The notes below the pieces were generated by a model, which saw only the letters and a list, made by a program, of their open reading frames with translations, searched no databases and was not told the origin of the DNA. Shown here piece by piece: positions 1 through 12,133 of a DNA stretch of 64,000 nt. The number at the start of each line of letters is the position of its first letter. The stretch's first letter is position 1. The translations under genes and the position numbers were made by a program. The DNA is taken from contig JAHBMJ010000532.1 in assembly GCA_018398765.1 (NCBI GenBank), positions 1 to 64,000 of the forward strand, written 5' to 3'. This stretch comes from Chromera velia. Its lineage: Eukaryota.

Positions 1-447
1 CACGTTCGACAAATCAGGGGCCGACCGAGCAGGATGATCAGACGGAAGAGAAGAGAGAAAGTCAGAAGAGAGAAAATCAGAACCCACGTTCCCTCCATCA
101 TTCATTCTCCCCTTTCTTTTTCCCTCACTCACTTCAGTTGCATACACAAAGCACTCCAGTTCCCCCTCTCTTGCAAGCCAGTGTGCCGTCTCCATTCTTA
201 TGATGTGGCAGACAGCACCTTTTTGAATTGCTCTTTTGGCCTGCACAGAAGAAAGAACAGGAGGGCAAGGTCGGTTCTCTTCATATGCACCCCCCCGAAT
301 AATGACTTCCTGGCCGTTAAAGAAGAAACGAAGAGAACGAGACCAATGACCAAGTTCTGGTTGGTGGACCTCACTCCATTTTCTTCCTAAGATGACATCA
401 TAGTCGTCCAGGTCAGCCAGCAATGCACCGACTGTCTCTCGATACCC

Positions 448-2154
448 CTAAATACAAAGGGGGACAGAAGGTGCATACTCACTGACCTCTTGTCTTCTGG
501 GCTCCTTCACGGCCACCCTATATCTCATCGGGGTCCCAAACCTACGAATATGTAACTGACGCAGGTGTGCAAACTTGTTATCAATGAAAATATCATTAGC
601 TCCAATGTCATACAAAACTCTGACTGGAGCATCTACGACAGTACCGTGATAGACAAAACCAGTCTCAAGCGAATTATCCTCATCATCCTTTTCCTCACTC
701 AATTCTTCATCTGTTCTCTGCCTTTTATCTTTTTCAACTTCATAACGTACCGTCAGGTCGGGTTCGACCACGGTCTCGTCATTCTCGTTTCGGCCTCTGA
801 TCGTCCTCACCCCAGCTATCCATCTCGATCCAGCCTTGCGCGCTGGTTGATGTCCACTCGGCTGAGGTTGAGGCGACCCGCCGAAAGAGGGAGACCATGC
901 ACGTCTTCTGTCACCGAAGCTAAAGCCTCTTCCAGGTGACATGGGTGAACTTGGACTGTTACCTCTCTGTCCAGACCTCCCTCTCCCCCCTGTAGGTTGA
1001 GTGACTTGATTGATGGGATACGGGAAGGGAAGGGATGGGTAAGGAAAAGGTAGCCAGGGGTACTCAGGCGTCGCCCCAAAACCCGGGACGAAAGGGGCAA
1101 ATCCTGGAGATGCCCTGGGCAGCCACGGAGATCTGGATTGAGATGTCGTTTGAATGGTCTACATGTGTGGAGGAAGTTGAGGTCCATTCCTACATCCGGC
1201 CATCATGTGGGTGTTCTTTCCACATAGAAGACACCGATTTAGTCTCCCCCTGCTCTCCCATACCATCTGTGGAATCGATGGGTGTTGGGGTGGGAGTCTT
1301 CTCGAAGGTCGCACCCCAACACTACACAATTCCATGGGAGCCGGTCCTGTGGGATCAATTACCAGACTCGGATCAGATGGAGGCCCTCGCGACCAACGGC
1401 TTCAAGAACGCGAACTGGCCTGCTTAAGCCAGATTTCGCTGTCCAACACCTTCTCCATTGCTTCGTCCAATGTTGCCGGCTCTATCCTGTCAGTCTCATA
1501 CATAATCCTAGGCGGCAAACCCTCAATATAGTCCTCTACGAGATCCTCCTCACTCGCATTTATGATCTTCAACGCGAGAAGGGAGAATTCTTTGTTGTAG
1601 TCGTCAACCATCCCTGTGCACCTGAGGGACAACACCTACTTTCTCGCCTTCTTCCTCTCATGTTTCTCCTTATATCTGCATCGCAGCACCTCATGCAACG
1701 CAGGCCAGTCTGCAAACCCCATACCTCTCTTCACACGTAAATCGAACCAGTCCCTCAGCTCCTTGCACAGAAAGGACTTCGCGAGGCCAAGCTAACGATG
1801 AGGAGCAATATTCGCATTGGTAAAGTAGTCGTTGGTGTCCGTAATAAACCTCTCCACAGTGTCGCGGCGTCCAGTGAACTCGTCCGGCTGCTTCAGTGCA
1901 ATCTGAGGAAGCTGTTCTCATAGATCAGGGCCCTGAGAGGGCATGACAAGCTGCTGTGTACCCTCCTTACTCATTGGCAGCACCTGAGGAGGCAACTGTG
2001 GAGGTAGAGCTGCAACCCTCGCCACCAGCCCCTCTATGGTCTGCCGCATCATCTCTTGAGTCTGCTGCAGGCTGGTGACGGACTGTTCAAGGTTGTACAG
2101 TGCCGTTCCCACCTGCTCGTTTGTCAATGGAGCCAAGACTGGAGGTGGTTCCAT
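448..2154 (-). pseudogene. gag: Decayed gag-protease of the Ty3/gypsy element
   Basis: Reads MEPPP...PDEFTGRRDTVERF...DYNKEFSLLA...YIEGLPPRI...PAPMELC...CLLCGKNTHMMAGC (zinc knuckle), then VLYDIGANDIFID (LxD[S/T]GA-like). Several in-frame TGA/TAG stops. Confidence 0.85.
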
Positions 2155-2210
2155 GACAGCAACAGAATTCAGACTAAATACAAACGAATCAAAAGCCTGT
2201 TCAAAACCTG

Positions 2211-2223
2211 GCTCTGATAACCA
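2211..2223 (-). promoter_or_regulatory. Primer binding site (tRNA-Met type)
   Basis: Reverse complement TGGTTATCAGAGC, 3 nt after the LTR-terminal CA. It differs from the classical TGGTATCAGAGC by one extra T. Confidence 0.8.
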
Positions 2224-2226
2224 GAT

Positions 2227-2598
2227 TGTAAGCAAAATATGGGGCTAGAACTCTCAACGCTAACGATATGCATTCAGAGTTCATAGACTATAATAGTTTG
2301 ACCTAAAGAGGTTTGTTCGATCAAGCCAGTCCAACGATCGTTAGCGATCGTTAGCTAATTCGAATGCATGCAGATCGATATCACTTTATTCAGTCCTGCG
2401 CCAAGCCACACTTATTGAAATCTGCGCGCACATCGCCGCGGCGCCGCCGGCCTCGCAGCTCCGCCACTCCGCGGGTCCGTCGCGTACTCGCCGCTCGTAG
2501 CCTGCCTACACCGTCCCTCTGGATCGAGAGTGGCATCAGCATCTCTGCACATTTTCACCTTCTGCCTGCAGATGCCTGGTGGGGGGTTTAAGATGTCA
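2227..2598 (-). repeat. 5' LTR (372 bp) of the gypsy element
   Basis: Minus-strand termini TGACA...TTACA. Bounded by the PBS on one side and a CAGT microsatellite on the other. The partner LTR is outside the window. Confidence 0.7.
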
Positions 2599-2770
2599 GC
2601 CAGTCAGTCAGCCAGTCAGTCCACCAGTCAGTCGGCCAGTCAGTCTACTAGTCAGTCACCTGGTCAGTCAGCCACTCAGCCAGTCGGTCAGCCACTCAGC
2701 CAGCCAGTCAGTCAGGCAGTCAGTCAGCCACTCACTCAGCCAGCCAGCCAGTCAGTCAGTCAGTCAGTCA
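2599..2770. repeat. Degenerate (CAGT/CAGC)n microsatellite
   Basis: Directly visible. Confidence 0.9.
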
Positions 2771-2799
2771 GGCTTGTTTTGCAGAGAAAGGTGTAAGGC

Positions 2800-3540
2800 C
2801 AGAGTAAGTGGAAGGGTTAAAAAGGTACACAATGAACGGCTTTGCAGCCCCAGTCGCACTCTCTCAGTCGCTCTCGTTCAAGAGTTATGCCTGCATCCCT
2901 ATACATTTTTTTAGTTCTCCGTGCAAGTGACTTGAGGGTGCGTTAAGGTGCAAGCAGTGGGGGGGTTTGCAGGGAAAGGTTTAAGACTGGAGCAAGTGAG
3001 GAGGCTAAAGAGGTACACAATGGACGGCTTTCCAGCCCCAGTCTCACTCTCTCCCTCGCTCTTGTTCAAGAGCTGTGCCTGCATCTCTATAGAGTTTCTT
3101 AGTTCTCCGTGCAGGTGACTTGAGGCCCAAGTTGAGGGTGCGTCGAGGTGTAAGCAGGGGAGGAGGGTTTGCAAGGAAGGGTTTAAGACTGGAGCAAGTG
3201 AGAGGGTTGAAAAGGTACACAATGAACGGCTTTGCAGCCCCAGTCGCACTCTCTCACTCGCTCTCGTTCAAGAGTTATGCCTGCATCTCTATACATTTTC
3301 TTCGTTCTCCGTGCAAGTGACTTGAGGGTGCGTTGAGGTGCAAGCAGTGGGGAGGTTTGCAGGGAAAGGTTTAAGACCGGAGCAAATGAGGGATTTAAAG
3401 AGGTACACAATGGACAGCTTTGCAGCCCCAGTCGCCCTCTCTCACTCGATCTCGTTCAAGAGTTATGCATGCATCTCTATAGATTTTCTTAGTTCTCTGT
3501 GCAAGGGTGCGTTGAGGTATATGCAGTGGAGGCATTTTGC
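2800..3540. repeat. Tandem repeat, about 4 units of 188-201 bp
   Basis: AGGTACACAATG-anchored motif at ~2823, 3012, 3213 and 3401. A related inverted copy lies at ~5930-6160. Confidence 0.85.
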
Positions 3541-3554
3541 AGGAACTACACCGA

Positions 3555-4058
3555 ATTAGAAGCTGAAATTAAGATAGTAAAGCCTTCTTACATGCATCTT
3601 TGATACTGCAAACAGGCGTTTCAATACTTTCATGCTAGAGAAAAAAAGTGTTAGAGGGCAATATCGTTCTGGAGGTTGAAAGTGAGGTCACTTTCACTAT
3701 ATATAACTTATTTCACTTTGCAACTAAAAAAGTAAATATCTATAACTTTTGAACCACAACGAGTTAGAAGCTGAAATTGTAGCTGCAAAGCCTTCTAATA
3801 TAAACTAATTTATGCTTTTAATATCTTTTTGATGCTAGAGAAAAAGAGTGTTAGAGGGCAATATCGTTCTGGAGGTTGAAAGTGAGGTCACTTTCACTAT
3901 ATATAACTTACTTCACTTTGCAACTAAAAAAGTAAATATCTATAACTTTTGAACCACAATGAGCTAGAAGCTGAAATTACAGTTGTAAAGCCTTCTAATA
4001 TAAATTAATTTGTACCTTTAATATCTTCTTGATGCTAGAGAAAAAAAATATTAGAGTG
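3555..4058. repeat. AT-rich tandem repeat of about 198 bp
   Basis: GCTAGAGAAAA...TTAGAG recurs at ~3634, ~3834 and ~4034. The GGCAATATCGTTCTGGAGGTTGAAAGTGAGGTCAC block occurs twice. Confidence 0.85.
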
Positions 4059-4430
4059 ATGCAATCAAGCCAACAGCAATAGATAAATGACAGTGGCAGA
4101 CCGACGGGGTATAGATCGGTAGGCTAGAACAGAAGTTGTTTGGTGTTTCAGGCAGTGTATGACGCGATCGATGGCTCCTTACATGCGTGCATGCGTTATC
4201 CATCCATACATGCGCGCTGATCTCAGTATGTACGTTGCATGCATGTATTTTACATGCATGCATTTACATTAATACACATCTCTTCAATCGATCGCTGTAC
4301 ATCGCTCGTATGCCTTACGACAGCTCCGTAAGCCTCTCTTTTGCGTGCCGAAAACTGACAATGCATGTCGGTATGGTGAAGATTCCTCAGCTGTCTGAAG
4401 AGGTTAAAGTGATTCTAGCTCCTATATAAC
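4059..4430. mobile_element. Probable 372-bp insertion into the 198-bp repeat
   Basis: Flanked by direct TAGAGTG (4052-4058 and 4431-4437). The repeat-like ...ATATCGTTC resumes after it. Confidence 0.45.
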
Positions 4431-4500
4431 TAGAGTGTAATATATCGTTCAGGGGGGTAGTAGTAGGAGTGAGGGCACTGGATAAAGAAGGGGGCAAATG

Positions 4501-5922
4501 CTAGGGTATTTCACTAAAAAAAAATAATAATAAAAATTAATTTTATACCCCCCTCTTCAAGTATGTAAAACACTCTAAACATCTAAAAGTATGTTCAATA
4601 TGGTTCTTTACCTAAGAAAACCTTCATGAACTTAAAAAAAGACTTGTAGTATCATGATTTATGATGGTTATTTAAGGTTTTCATCATGTTGCTACTTAGG
4701 GTTCTAAGAGTAGTAAAAATATCGTTATGTAACCTAACACTTAACCTATCTAAACCTTATGTAACCTGGTATAACCTGCTTCAAATCACTTCATTAATAC
4801 CAGCAGATATGATTTCAAAACCATATAACTTAACTCTCCTTCAGCTTTCATCCTTTTCATCACTTTCATGCTTAATCATATCATTAAACTGACTTTCTGT
4901 ACGAGCAAGCTTATCGTTATTTACCGTTACGCCCCCCCCAACCAAAACTGCTGAATGCAACCAGAAAAAAACAGTAGAAAGGGGTGTGTTATTAGTTCTC
5001 GGCATCAACGTGCCACGGAATAAAAGCGATTTGAACTTTGTTGTGTCATCTGAAGAAGAAACCCGTTCATATGAAATGATACGAGCGGAAAATGCGGCAT
5101 TCTCTTCAATAAGGGCAATCCAAGATACCCCCAAACTTCTTCCTTTTTTTGTTGTCGGGTGCATATCAGATGGATCAATTAAGTCCAAAGCTTTGCTAAC
5201 AAACCACTCTTCCATACTACTGTCACTGCTTTCCCACCTGCAGGCAACAACGTCCGCTACCCCAACAGAATAATCCCTCCTCTCTAGAGGAGAGCTCGGG
5301 CTCTATGGCTACAAGCGAGACAGTAGAGGGCTAAGCAGAGAAGACATGAGGGAGGAAAGCTGAGAAAAGGGCTCTCTCGAACAGCCACTGTGATAGCACC
5401 TTTTTGCTTTCGATCTTTTATTGTCATCATATTCTTTTCTCTGTTGTCCCTGATTCTATTTGTCTGCCAGCTTGAATGCTCCATCGCAAATTTGTTAAAA
5501 TTTGACAATGTTTTTCCCGTATGCATGACTACCTAGCTTGCCGAGACAAGGTGTCTCAATAACAGTTTTGAAGAGTCAAATCATCAGTTTTAAGTTTGTT
5601 TTGAACAGTTTGAGGCTAGTTTATACTATGTTAATACTGGTATTGGCAGGTTCAAGCAGGTTTCAAAAGATGACAACGTTAAAATGAAGGTTCTGTAACC
5701 TTGTGTCCGAACCTTCATTGGCAACGACCCCTAAACCTACCCTTAACCTAATATAACCTTGCCAAACCAAGGATTTTACATATGATTATGTGTTCAAATG
5801 ACTTTTTAGCAAAATTAGGCTAGGCCGCTAGGAATCTATTTAAAAAAAGTCTAAAAACTGTTTTTTTGTAAGGTTTTTTACTATAAAACCTAGTACACCT
5901 CCATCAAAGTAGAATACCCTAG
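4501..5922. mobile_element. Non-autonomous TIR DNA transposon with 8-bp TSD (hAT-like), copy 1
   Basis: Termini CTAGGGTATT...AATACCCTAG. Perfect TSD GGCAAATG at 4493-4500 and 5923-5930. Confidence 0.85.
4841..5215 (-). CDS. Uncharacterised ORF or exon inside the CTAGGG element
   Basis: Open frame. PLSTVFFWLHSAVLVGGG aligns with PLSGIFFWIHSAVSIDGG in the second element (35907-36224). Confidence 0.5.
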   Translation of the reverse strand: MEEWFVSKALDLIDPSDMHPTTKKGRSLGVSWIALIEENAAFSARIISYERVSSSDDTTKFKSLLFRGTLMPRTNNTPLSTVFFWLHSAVLVGGGVTVNNDKLARTESQFNDMIKHESDEKDES

Positions 5923-6179
5923 GGCAAATGTGCAGACATGAACGCATAACTGTTGAACCACAACGAATGAGATGCTGAGACTGGGGCTAAAAAGCCGTTT
6001 AATGTGTACCTACGGAGTCCCCCTACTTGTGCTGATTCGCAAACCTTCCTTGCAGAACGCCCCCACTGATTGCACCCCAATGGCTCCACAAGGCACCTGA
6101 TCGGAGAAAGGAGGAAATGTGCAGACATGTAAGCAGAACTCTTGAATCAAAAGAAGTAAAAAGGTGAGGCATATCTCTC

Positions 6180-6760
6180 CGTCCTTCTGCCCAGTTCGTC
6201 TGTCTCTTGATCTATCTGTTTTCCTGTCTATCTGTCTATCTGTCTGTCTGTCTGTCTGTTTTTCTGTCTGTCTGGCTGTCTTTCTGTCTGTTGCCTACCT
6301 ATCTGTCTGCCTGCCTGTCTGTCTGTCTGTCTGTCTTTCTGTCTGTCTGTTTGTCTGTTTTCCTATCTGTCTAGCTGTCTTTCTGTCTGTTGCCTGCCTG
6401 TCTGTCTGTCAGCCTGCCTGTCTGTCTGTCTGCCTGTCTGTTTGCCTGTCTGTCTGTCCGTCCGTCCATCCACTCTGTCCGTCTGTCTGTCTATCTGTCT
6501 GTCTGTCTGTCCGTCTGTCTGTCTGTGTTTCTGTCTGTCTGTCTGTTGCCTGCCTGCCTGTCTGTCCGACTGTCTGTCTGTCTGCCTGCCTGTCTGTCTG
6601 TCCGTCCGTCCATCCACCCCGTCAGTCTGTCTGGCTGTTTGTCTGTCTGTCTGTCTGTCTGGCTGTGTTTCTGTCTGTCTGTCTGTCTGTCTGTCTGTTT
6701 TCCTGTCCATCTGGCTGTCTTTCTGTCTGTTGCCTGCCTGTCTGTCAGTCCGACTGTCTA

Positions 6761-6792
<32 letters not shown>

Positions 6793-6948
6793 CCTGTCTG
6801 TCTGTCTGTCTGTCTGTCTGTTTTCCTGTCTGTCTGGCTGTCTTTCTGTCTGTTGCCTGCCTGTCTATCTGTCTGCCTGCCTGTCTGTCTGTCTGTCTGC
6901 CTGTCTGTCTATCCGTCCGTCCATTCACTCCATCCGTCTGTCTCTCAA

Positions 6949-6981
<33 letters not shown>

Positions 6982-7196
6982 GTCTATCTATCTGTCTGTC
7001 TGTCTGTTTGTCTGCCTGTCTGTCTGTCTGTCTGTCTGTCTGTTTTCCTGTCTGTCTGGCTGTCTTTCTGTCTGTTGCCTGCCTGTCTATCTGTCTGCCT
7101 GCCTGTCTGTCTGTCTGTCTGCCTGTCTGTCTGTCCGTCCGTCCATTCACTCCATCCGTCTGTCTCTCAATCTGTCTGTCTGTCTGTCTGTGTCTA

Positions 7197-7229
<33 letters not shown>

Positions 7230-7396
7230 TTTCCTGTCTGCCTGGCTGTCTTTCTGTCTGTTGCCTGCCTGTCTGTCAGTCCGACTGCTAGTCCGACTGT
7301 CTGTCTGTCTGCCTGCCTGTCTGCCTGCCTGTTTGTCTGTCTGTCTGCCTGTCTGTCTATCCATCCATCCATCCACCCCGTCCGTCTGTCTCTCGA

Positions 7397-7427
<31 letters not shown>

Positions 7428-7846
7428 GCCTATCTGTCTGTCTGTCTGTCTGTGTTTCTGTCTGTCTATCTGTTTGTCTGTCTGTTTGTCTGTTTTCCTG
7501 TCCGTCTAGCTGTCTTTCTGTCTGTTGCCTGCCTGTCTGTCAGTCCGACTGTCTGTTTGTCTGTCTGTCTGTTTTCCTGTCTGTCTGGCTGTCTTTCTGT
7601 CTGTTGCCTGCCTGTCTGTCTGTCTGCCTGCCTGTCTGTCTGTCTGTCTGCCTGTCTGTCTATCCGTCCATCCATCCACCCCGTCCGTCTGTCTCTCGAT
7701 CTGTCTGCCTGTCTGTCTATCTGTCTGTCTGTTTTCCTGTCTGTCTGGCTGTCTTTCTGTCTGTTGCCTGCCTGTCTGTCTGTCTGCCTGCCTGTCTGTC
7801 TGTCTGTCTGCCTGTCTGTCTATCCGTCCGTCCATCCACCCCGTCC

Positions 7847-7886
<40 letters not shown>

Positions 7887-8100
7887 GCCTCTCTGTCTGT
7901 CTGTCTGTCTGTGTTTCTGTCTGTCTATCTATCTGTCTGTCTGTCTGTTTTCCTGTCCGTCTGGCTGTCTTTCTGTCTGTTGCCTGCCTGTCTGTCAGTC
8001 CGACTGCCTGTCTGTCTGTCTGTCTGTCTGTTTTCCTGTCTGTCTGGCTATCTTTCTATCTGTTGCCTGCCTGTCTGTCTGTCTGTTTTTCTGTCTGTCT
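6180..8100. repeat. Compound (TCTG)n microsatellite of about 1.9 kb with higher-order sub-repeats
   Basis: Directly visible. Preceded by AG|GTGAG and followed by TAG, so probably an intron. Confidence 0.95.
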
Positions 8101-8819
8101 GGTAGCAAGAAAAGCGAGCCAGGCAAGCAAGGCAGGCAGGAGACAGCCACAGACAGCCAAAGACGGCCGGAGACGGCATACAAGTTCCGTCAAGTGCCTC
8201 GCTATACTAAACGAGAGGCGAGAGACGAGCAGCTTCAGCGGAAAGGTCGTAGGTAAGCCACGGTGGGTCGACGAGAGACGAGGACGGTCGACAGTGGGCG
8301 GGTGGGTGGGGAGGACAAAGACCGGAAGGCGGGTGGGGGCACCATTTTTAGGGGGGCGATAGATCACCTTACCTTGGGAGACGTCTCTTCAGAGATGGCC
8401 CGCCACCACCGCTATGTTGTGGGACGGGGGAGGCATGCTGTCTAAACTTTCAGAATGACTGCCTGCGCTGACCCCAGGCAGCCCTGACGGGCCGCCTGGG
8501 GTCTTATGTATGACCTTCCCCAGGCGGTCCGTAGGGACCGCCTGCAGCACCCCAGGCAGTCAGGGGGTCTTTCTACATTCTCTCTATAGTGTGAAAAACG
8601 TTGAAAAAAGTTTAAAAATACCTTTATTCTAGGATTTAGTATCTGAACGCAACTTTAAAAATTTATTTACAATGCTTCAAATTGAATCAATAAATCAAAA
8701 TTTTTATATAATTCTAGATATTATTTTATAGAAAAGAATTAAATCAAATTTTTTGAATAATTTTCTAGAGTAAATTTCCACTCTGCGATAAGTTTATAAA
8801 CAATGTAAAGTTGCATGTG

Positions 8820-11800
8820 TCACTTTTTGTTTACTTGGATTGGCATCTCCTAGACAAGCTCGAAATCTTCTGCCTCATCATGGTGGTGAGGGACATAGGC
8901 ATCGATTGCCTGTCTGAATGTTCTGCGGCGGTTCTCTTCAGCTATGGCCTGTTCTTCTGTTATGTCCTCCATATAAAATACCTCTCTCCGTTCCTCTACC
9001 TCTTCCCTCTCAGATTCTTCTTCTGCTGCATTTACTGAAAAGGACATGCCATCAGGCAGACGCCCCACCTCCCTCTCCTTTCTGAATTGCTCTGCTTGAT
9101 TCATATTTTCAGGGGGCGCAAAACGTGCCACTTTCCACTGAGAGAGGCATGGCGCAGGCACTGACCACATGGCTTGCTCGCCCACCGTCATTGGATTGAT
9201 AAAGGAGGGATTCCACACGTGCGCAAATCGCTATACATGTTGCGCTGTGAGCACGGTGGTTGGGAAGTACCGGAGCCAGTCCGTCAGCCCCCCCTTTCTG
9301 GACATCTCTGCAAAAAAAGCCCTCTCTATATTATGATCGGCCTTCACCACTCTTTCTAGGCGATCATAGTGGGGGGCATTGCGGACGGGGGGATTGGGGG
9401 GATTGAAAAGAAGGTGGGTGATGGAGGCTCCCTCTTCTGCCCAATGTAACAGCTCAATAGAGTTGTCAAGAAGGGGCGTGTGCATTACCACAGTCTCCCC
9501 CATCAGCAACCCCCGTATGGCTACTTCAAATGGGGTCATGTAGTGGTCTCTTACTGCCATGACTGCCAGTGCGACGGATCGGAGAGAGGGGTTGGAGAGC
9601 AAAAGAGACGAATACTTGCTTTCATGAGGGGGGGTGTTCTGTATGAACAAGGCTCTTGCCTGCCCTGCCCGCAACAAGTCTCTCTCCTCTGTGCTTTTCA
9701 CCCATGCAGCAAAAAGCTGTCCCCTGCACTCACTTTCCGTTGCCACTTCCTTTTAGATTGCTAGCTCGGCCACCTTTGAAAAATTCTTCCGCTCCCCCCA
9801 TTCTCCCAACTTCTTTTCCTCTTCCTCCGTCAAAGACAGAGTCTTTGCATCCATACGCGCCTTGAAACGCGCAAGAAGAGTGGGAAGATCAACACTTCCC
9901 TGCGGGATGGATGCATTGGAGACGAGGGTTGCAACAAACACACGGAAAGCGGCAGTGAGTTCTGTTCTGCCGGGCTGTCCGGACTTAGGCGGCACTCTAG
10001 GGGGGAGCAAGCTCTCTCCTCGGACCGCGGTTTCAACAGCAGCCGTGAATGCCGCCCTCACTGCCCGCACATCCACTTCAAGGGGAGTCCCGCCTCTCTC
10101 TTCGTCAAATATTTCTGCTGTGACAACCCAGAGGGACGGATCAATGCAATGAGAACACAAGGCGTGATCTGCACACGTGCCATCGCCGACGGCCTCCTGC
10201 GTCATGAAACGGGACGAATAGAAAAGGCCCCCCTCTTGTCTACCCATTTCTGACATCTTCTCTGTCTGCGCTTCCCAAACAGTCTGCACATCCACAGCCC
10301 CCCATGACAGGGGAAGGCCTGTTTTGGGAAAACAAAAGAGAAAATCGGAGACGACATGGGGTCTGCATGTCAGTTCTGCCGTCAAGGGCAGCTGGGCAGA
10401 AAGACTAACATTTCTCTCTTTTCTCCGTCTGACCACACCAGGGTGGGAAAGCGCTCTGCCATCCTTCTCGAGGTTTTGACATCTCTGTTTGATGGAGGTC
10501 CTGCAAAGAAAGCAGTAGAGTTTCAGCTTGTCGGATTGAAAAAGACGCTTGAAAAAGAAGAGCAAAAAGAACAGAAACGCTTGAAGAGAAAAACAAAAGC
10601 GCAGACAAATGAAAACGTGAAAGGGGCCGAAAGAAGAAAAAGGAAGCAATTCAAAAAAACGATCGCGGAAGACGTGCATACCAGAGAACATGGGCGCGCT
10701 CGAGAATGTCGCTGCGAAACTTATTGGCCGCTGCCATTCTGAGACTGTGCTCTGCTGTTGCCTCTGCTTGCTGCTCTGGCGACATCCTCTTGAATTCCAA
10801 TGCCCTTTGCATCTCGTCTCTATGAGGATTCAGAAGACACGCAGGAAAAGACTTGAGGAGACGGATAGCAGCGTCTGCCTTCATTCTCTGCATCTGCACT
10901 TTCTAGACCGTTTTCATGGTCGTGCGGTCTCTGAAGAACCGTTCAGCATCAGCATTCTGAGGGAACGAAATACGCATGCAATCGATGAGGAGAATGATGC
11001 CCTTAACGTCCCCCGTCTTGTCACGCTCATCCAACTCTTCGAGGACCCTCTGCCAGTAGTCGGCAAGCAACGTCTCATCTGCAAAGAACCATAAATCGAT
11101 AAAAAGTCAACAGAGAGAGGGAAAAACAAACAAAAAGAAAGATCAGAAAGACAGAGAAAGAAACAGTTGATGAAGAAGAGAAAAAAACAATTAATGAGAA
11201 AAAAACAGGGAAGCGAAAAAAAAACCTTTGTGCCTTGCCCCTGGGCCCACCTTTGCTGGCAAGAAGGCTAAAGTCTTGCAGGTGCTTCTTGAAGACCTTC
11301 CAGTCTCTCAGAAGGCTCGGTACGGTCGTTCCTTCAGGGAAGTCGGGAAGTTTTGCCCAACCCGTTTCTTCCCACAGAACCACAATATCCTCTCTTCTAC
11401 TCTCCATCCATTGTCTCTGTCCCATCCTTTGCACCTGCCTTTCCTGAAGTGACCGAGGATGGAAAATCGCAGCAGCGTTGCAAACAGAGTCGGGAGGGAA
11501 ACGATCTCGCAAACACTCTTGGATCTGCGTCACAAATCTGTCTGCTCTATCAAGGACTTGCTGCTTTTTGCTCTCTATGATTGAGAGCCGAACGTCTGTG
11601 TGGGGGATGGTGAAAATGATCACTCCTCTTTGTCCCTCCCTCTGTTGAGCCTTGGACTGCTCTTCTCTCTGCTGCTCTCTCCGTTCTCTCCTCCTCCCCT
11701 CCCCGGGCTCCTTCCAGTCCGAATCATTGGGGTCATCTCCCTCTTCCGATGAAACATCGGGTTCGGAATCCCCCCCAGCCGGCCCTTGCACATCAGCACT

Positions 11801-12082
11801 CGACGAGTCGGGATCTGACCCTTCCCACCCCCCCCTCACGTCGTCAATCGCCTACAGGCACTTGCCGGTAGCTTTGCCACAGTGCCAATCATCCTGAAAG
11901 GCCTGAATATGCAAAAGTATGTCTGACAACAGAGATGGAAGGTCAGGAAGGGACAGGGAGACTTTCTGCAGGCTCTTGTTACATTGAGCCAGCTCATGTA
12001 AAAGGTCAGAGAAGATGCACATCCATAAGTAAAACGCCCTTGTGTCCATCCTCTGGAAAGTCTGACGTGCAAGTCGCTGCAT

Positions 12083-12133
<51 letters not shown>

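Larger units (their letters stand above)
1..2598 (-). mobile_element. Ty3/gypsy LTR retrotransposon, 5' part (LTR, PBS, gag, protease); continues off the window start
   Basis: Minus strand shows a TG...CA LTR (2598-2227), a PBS TGGTTATCAGAGC, a gag frame with PMEL and a CCHC knuckle, then an aspartic-protease-like motif. Confidence 0.9.

Noticed and set aside
6164..8362. Long overlapping ORFs rich in CLSV/DRQT
   Set aside because: Translation artefacts of the stop-free (TCTG)n microsatellite.
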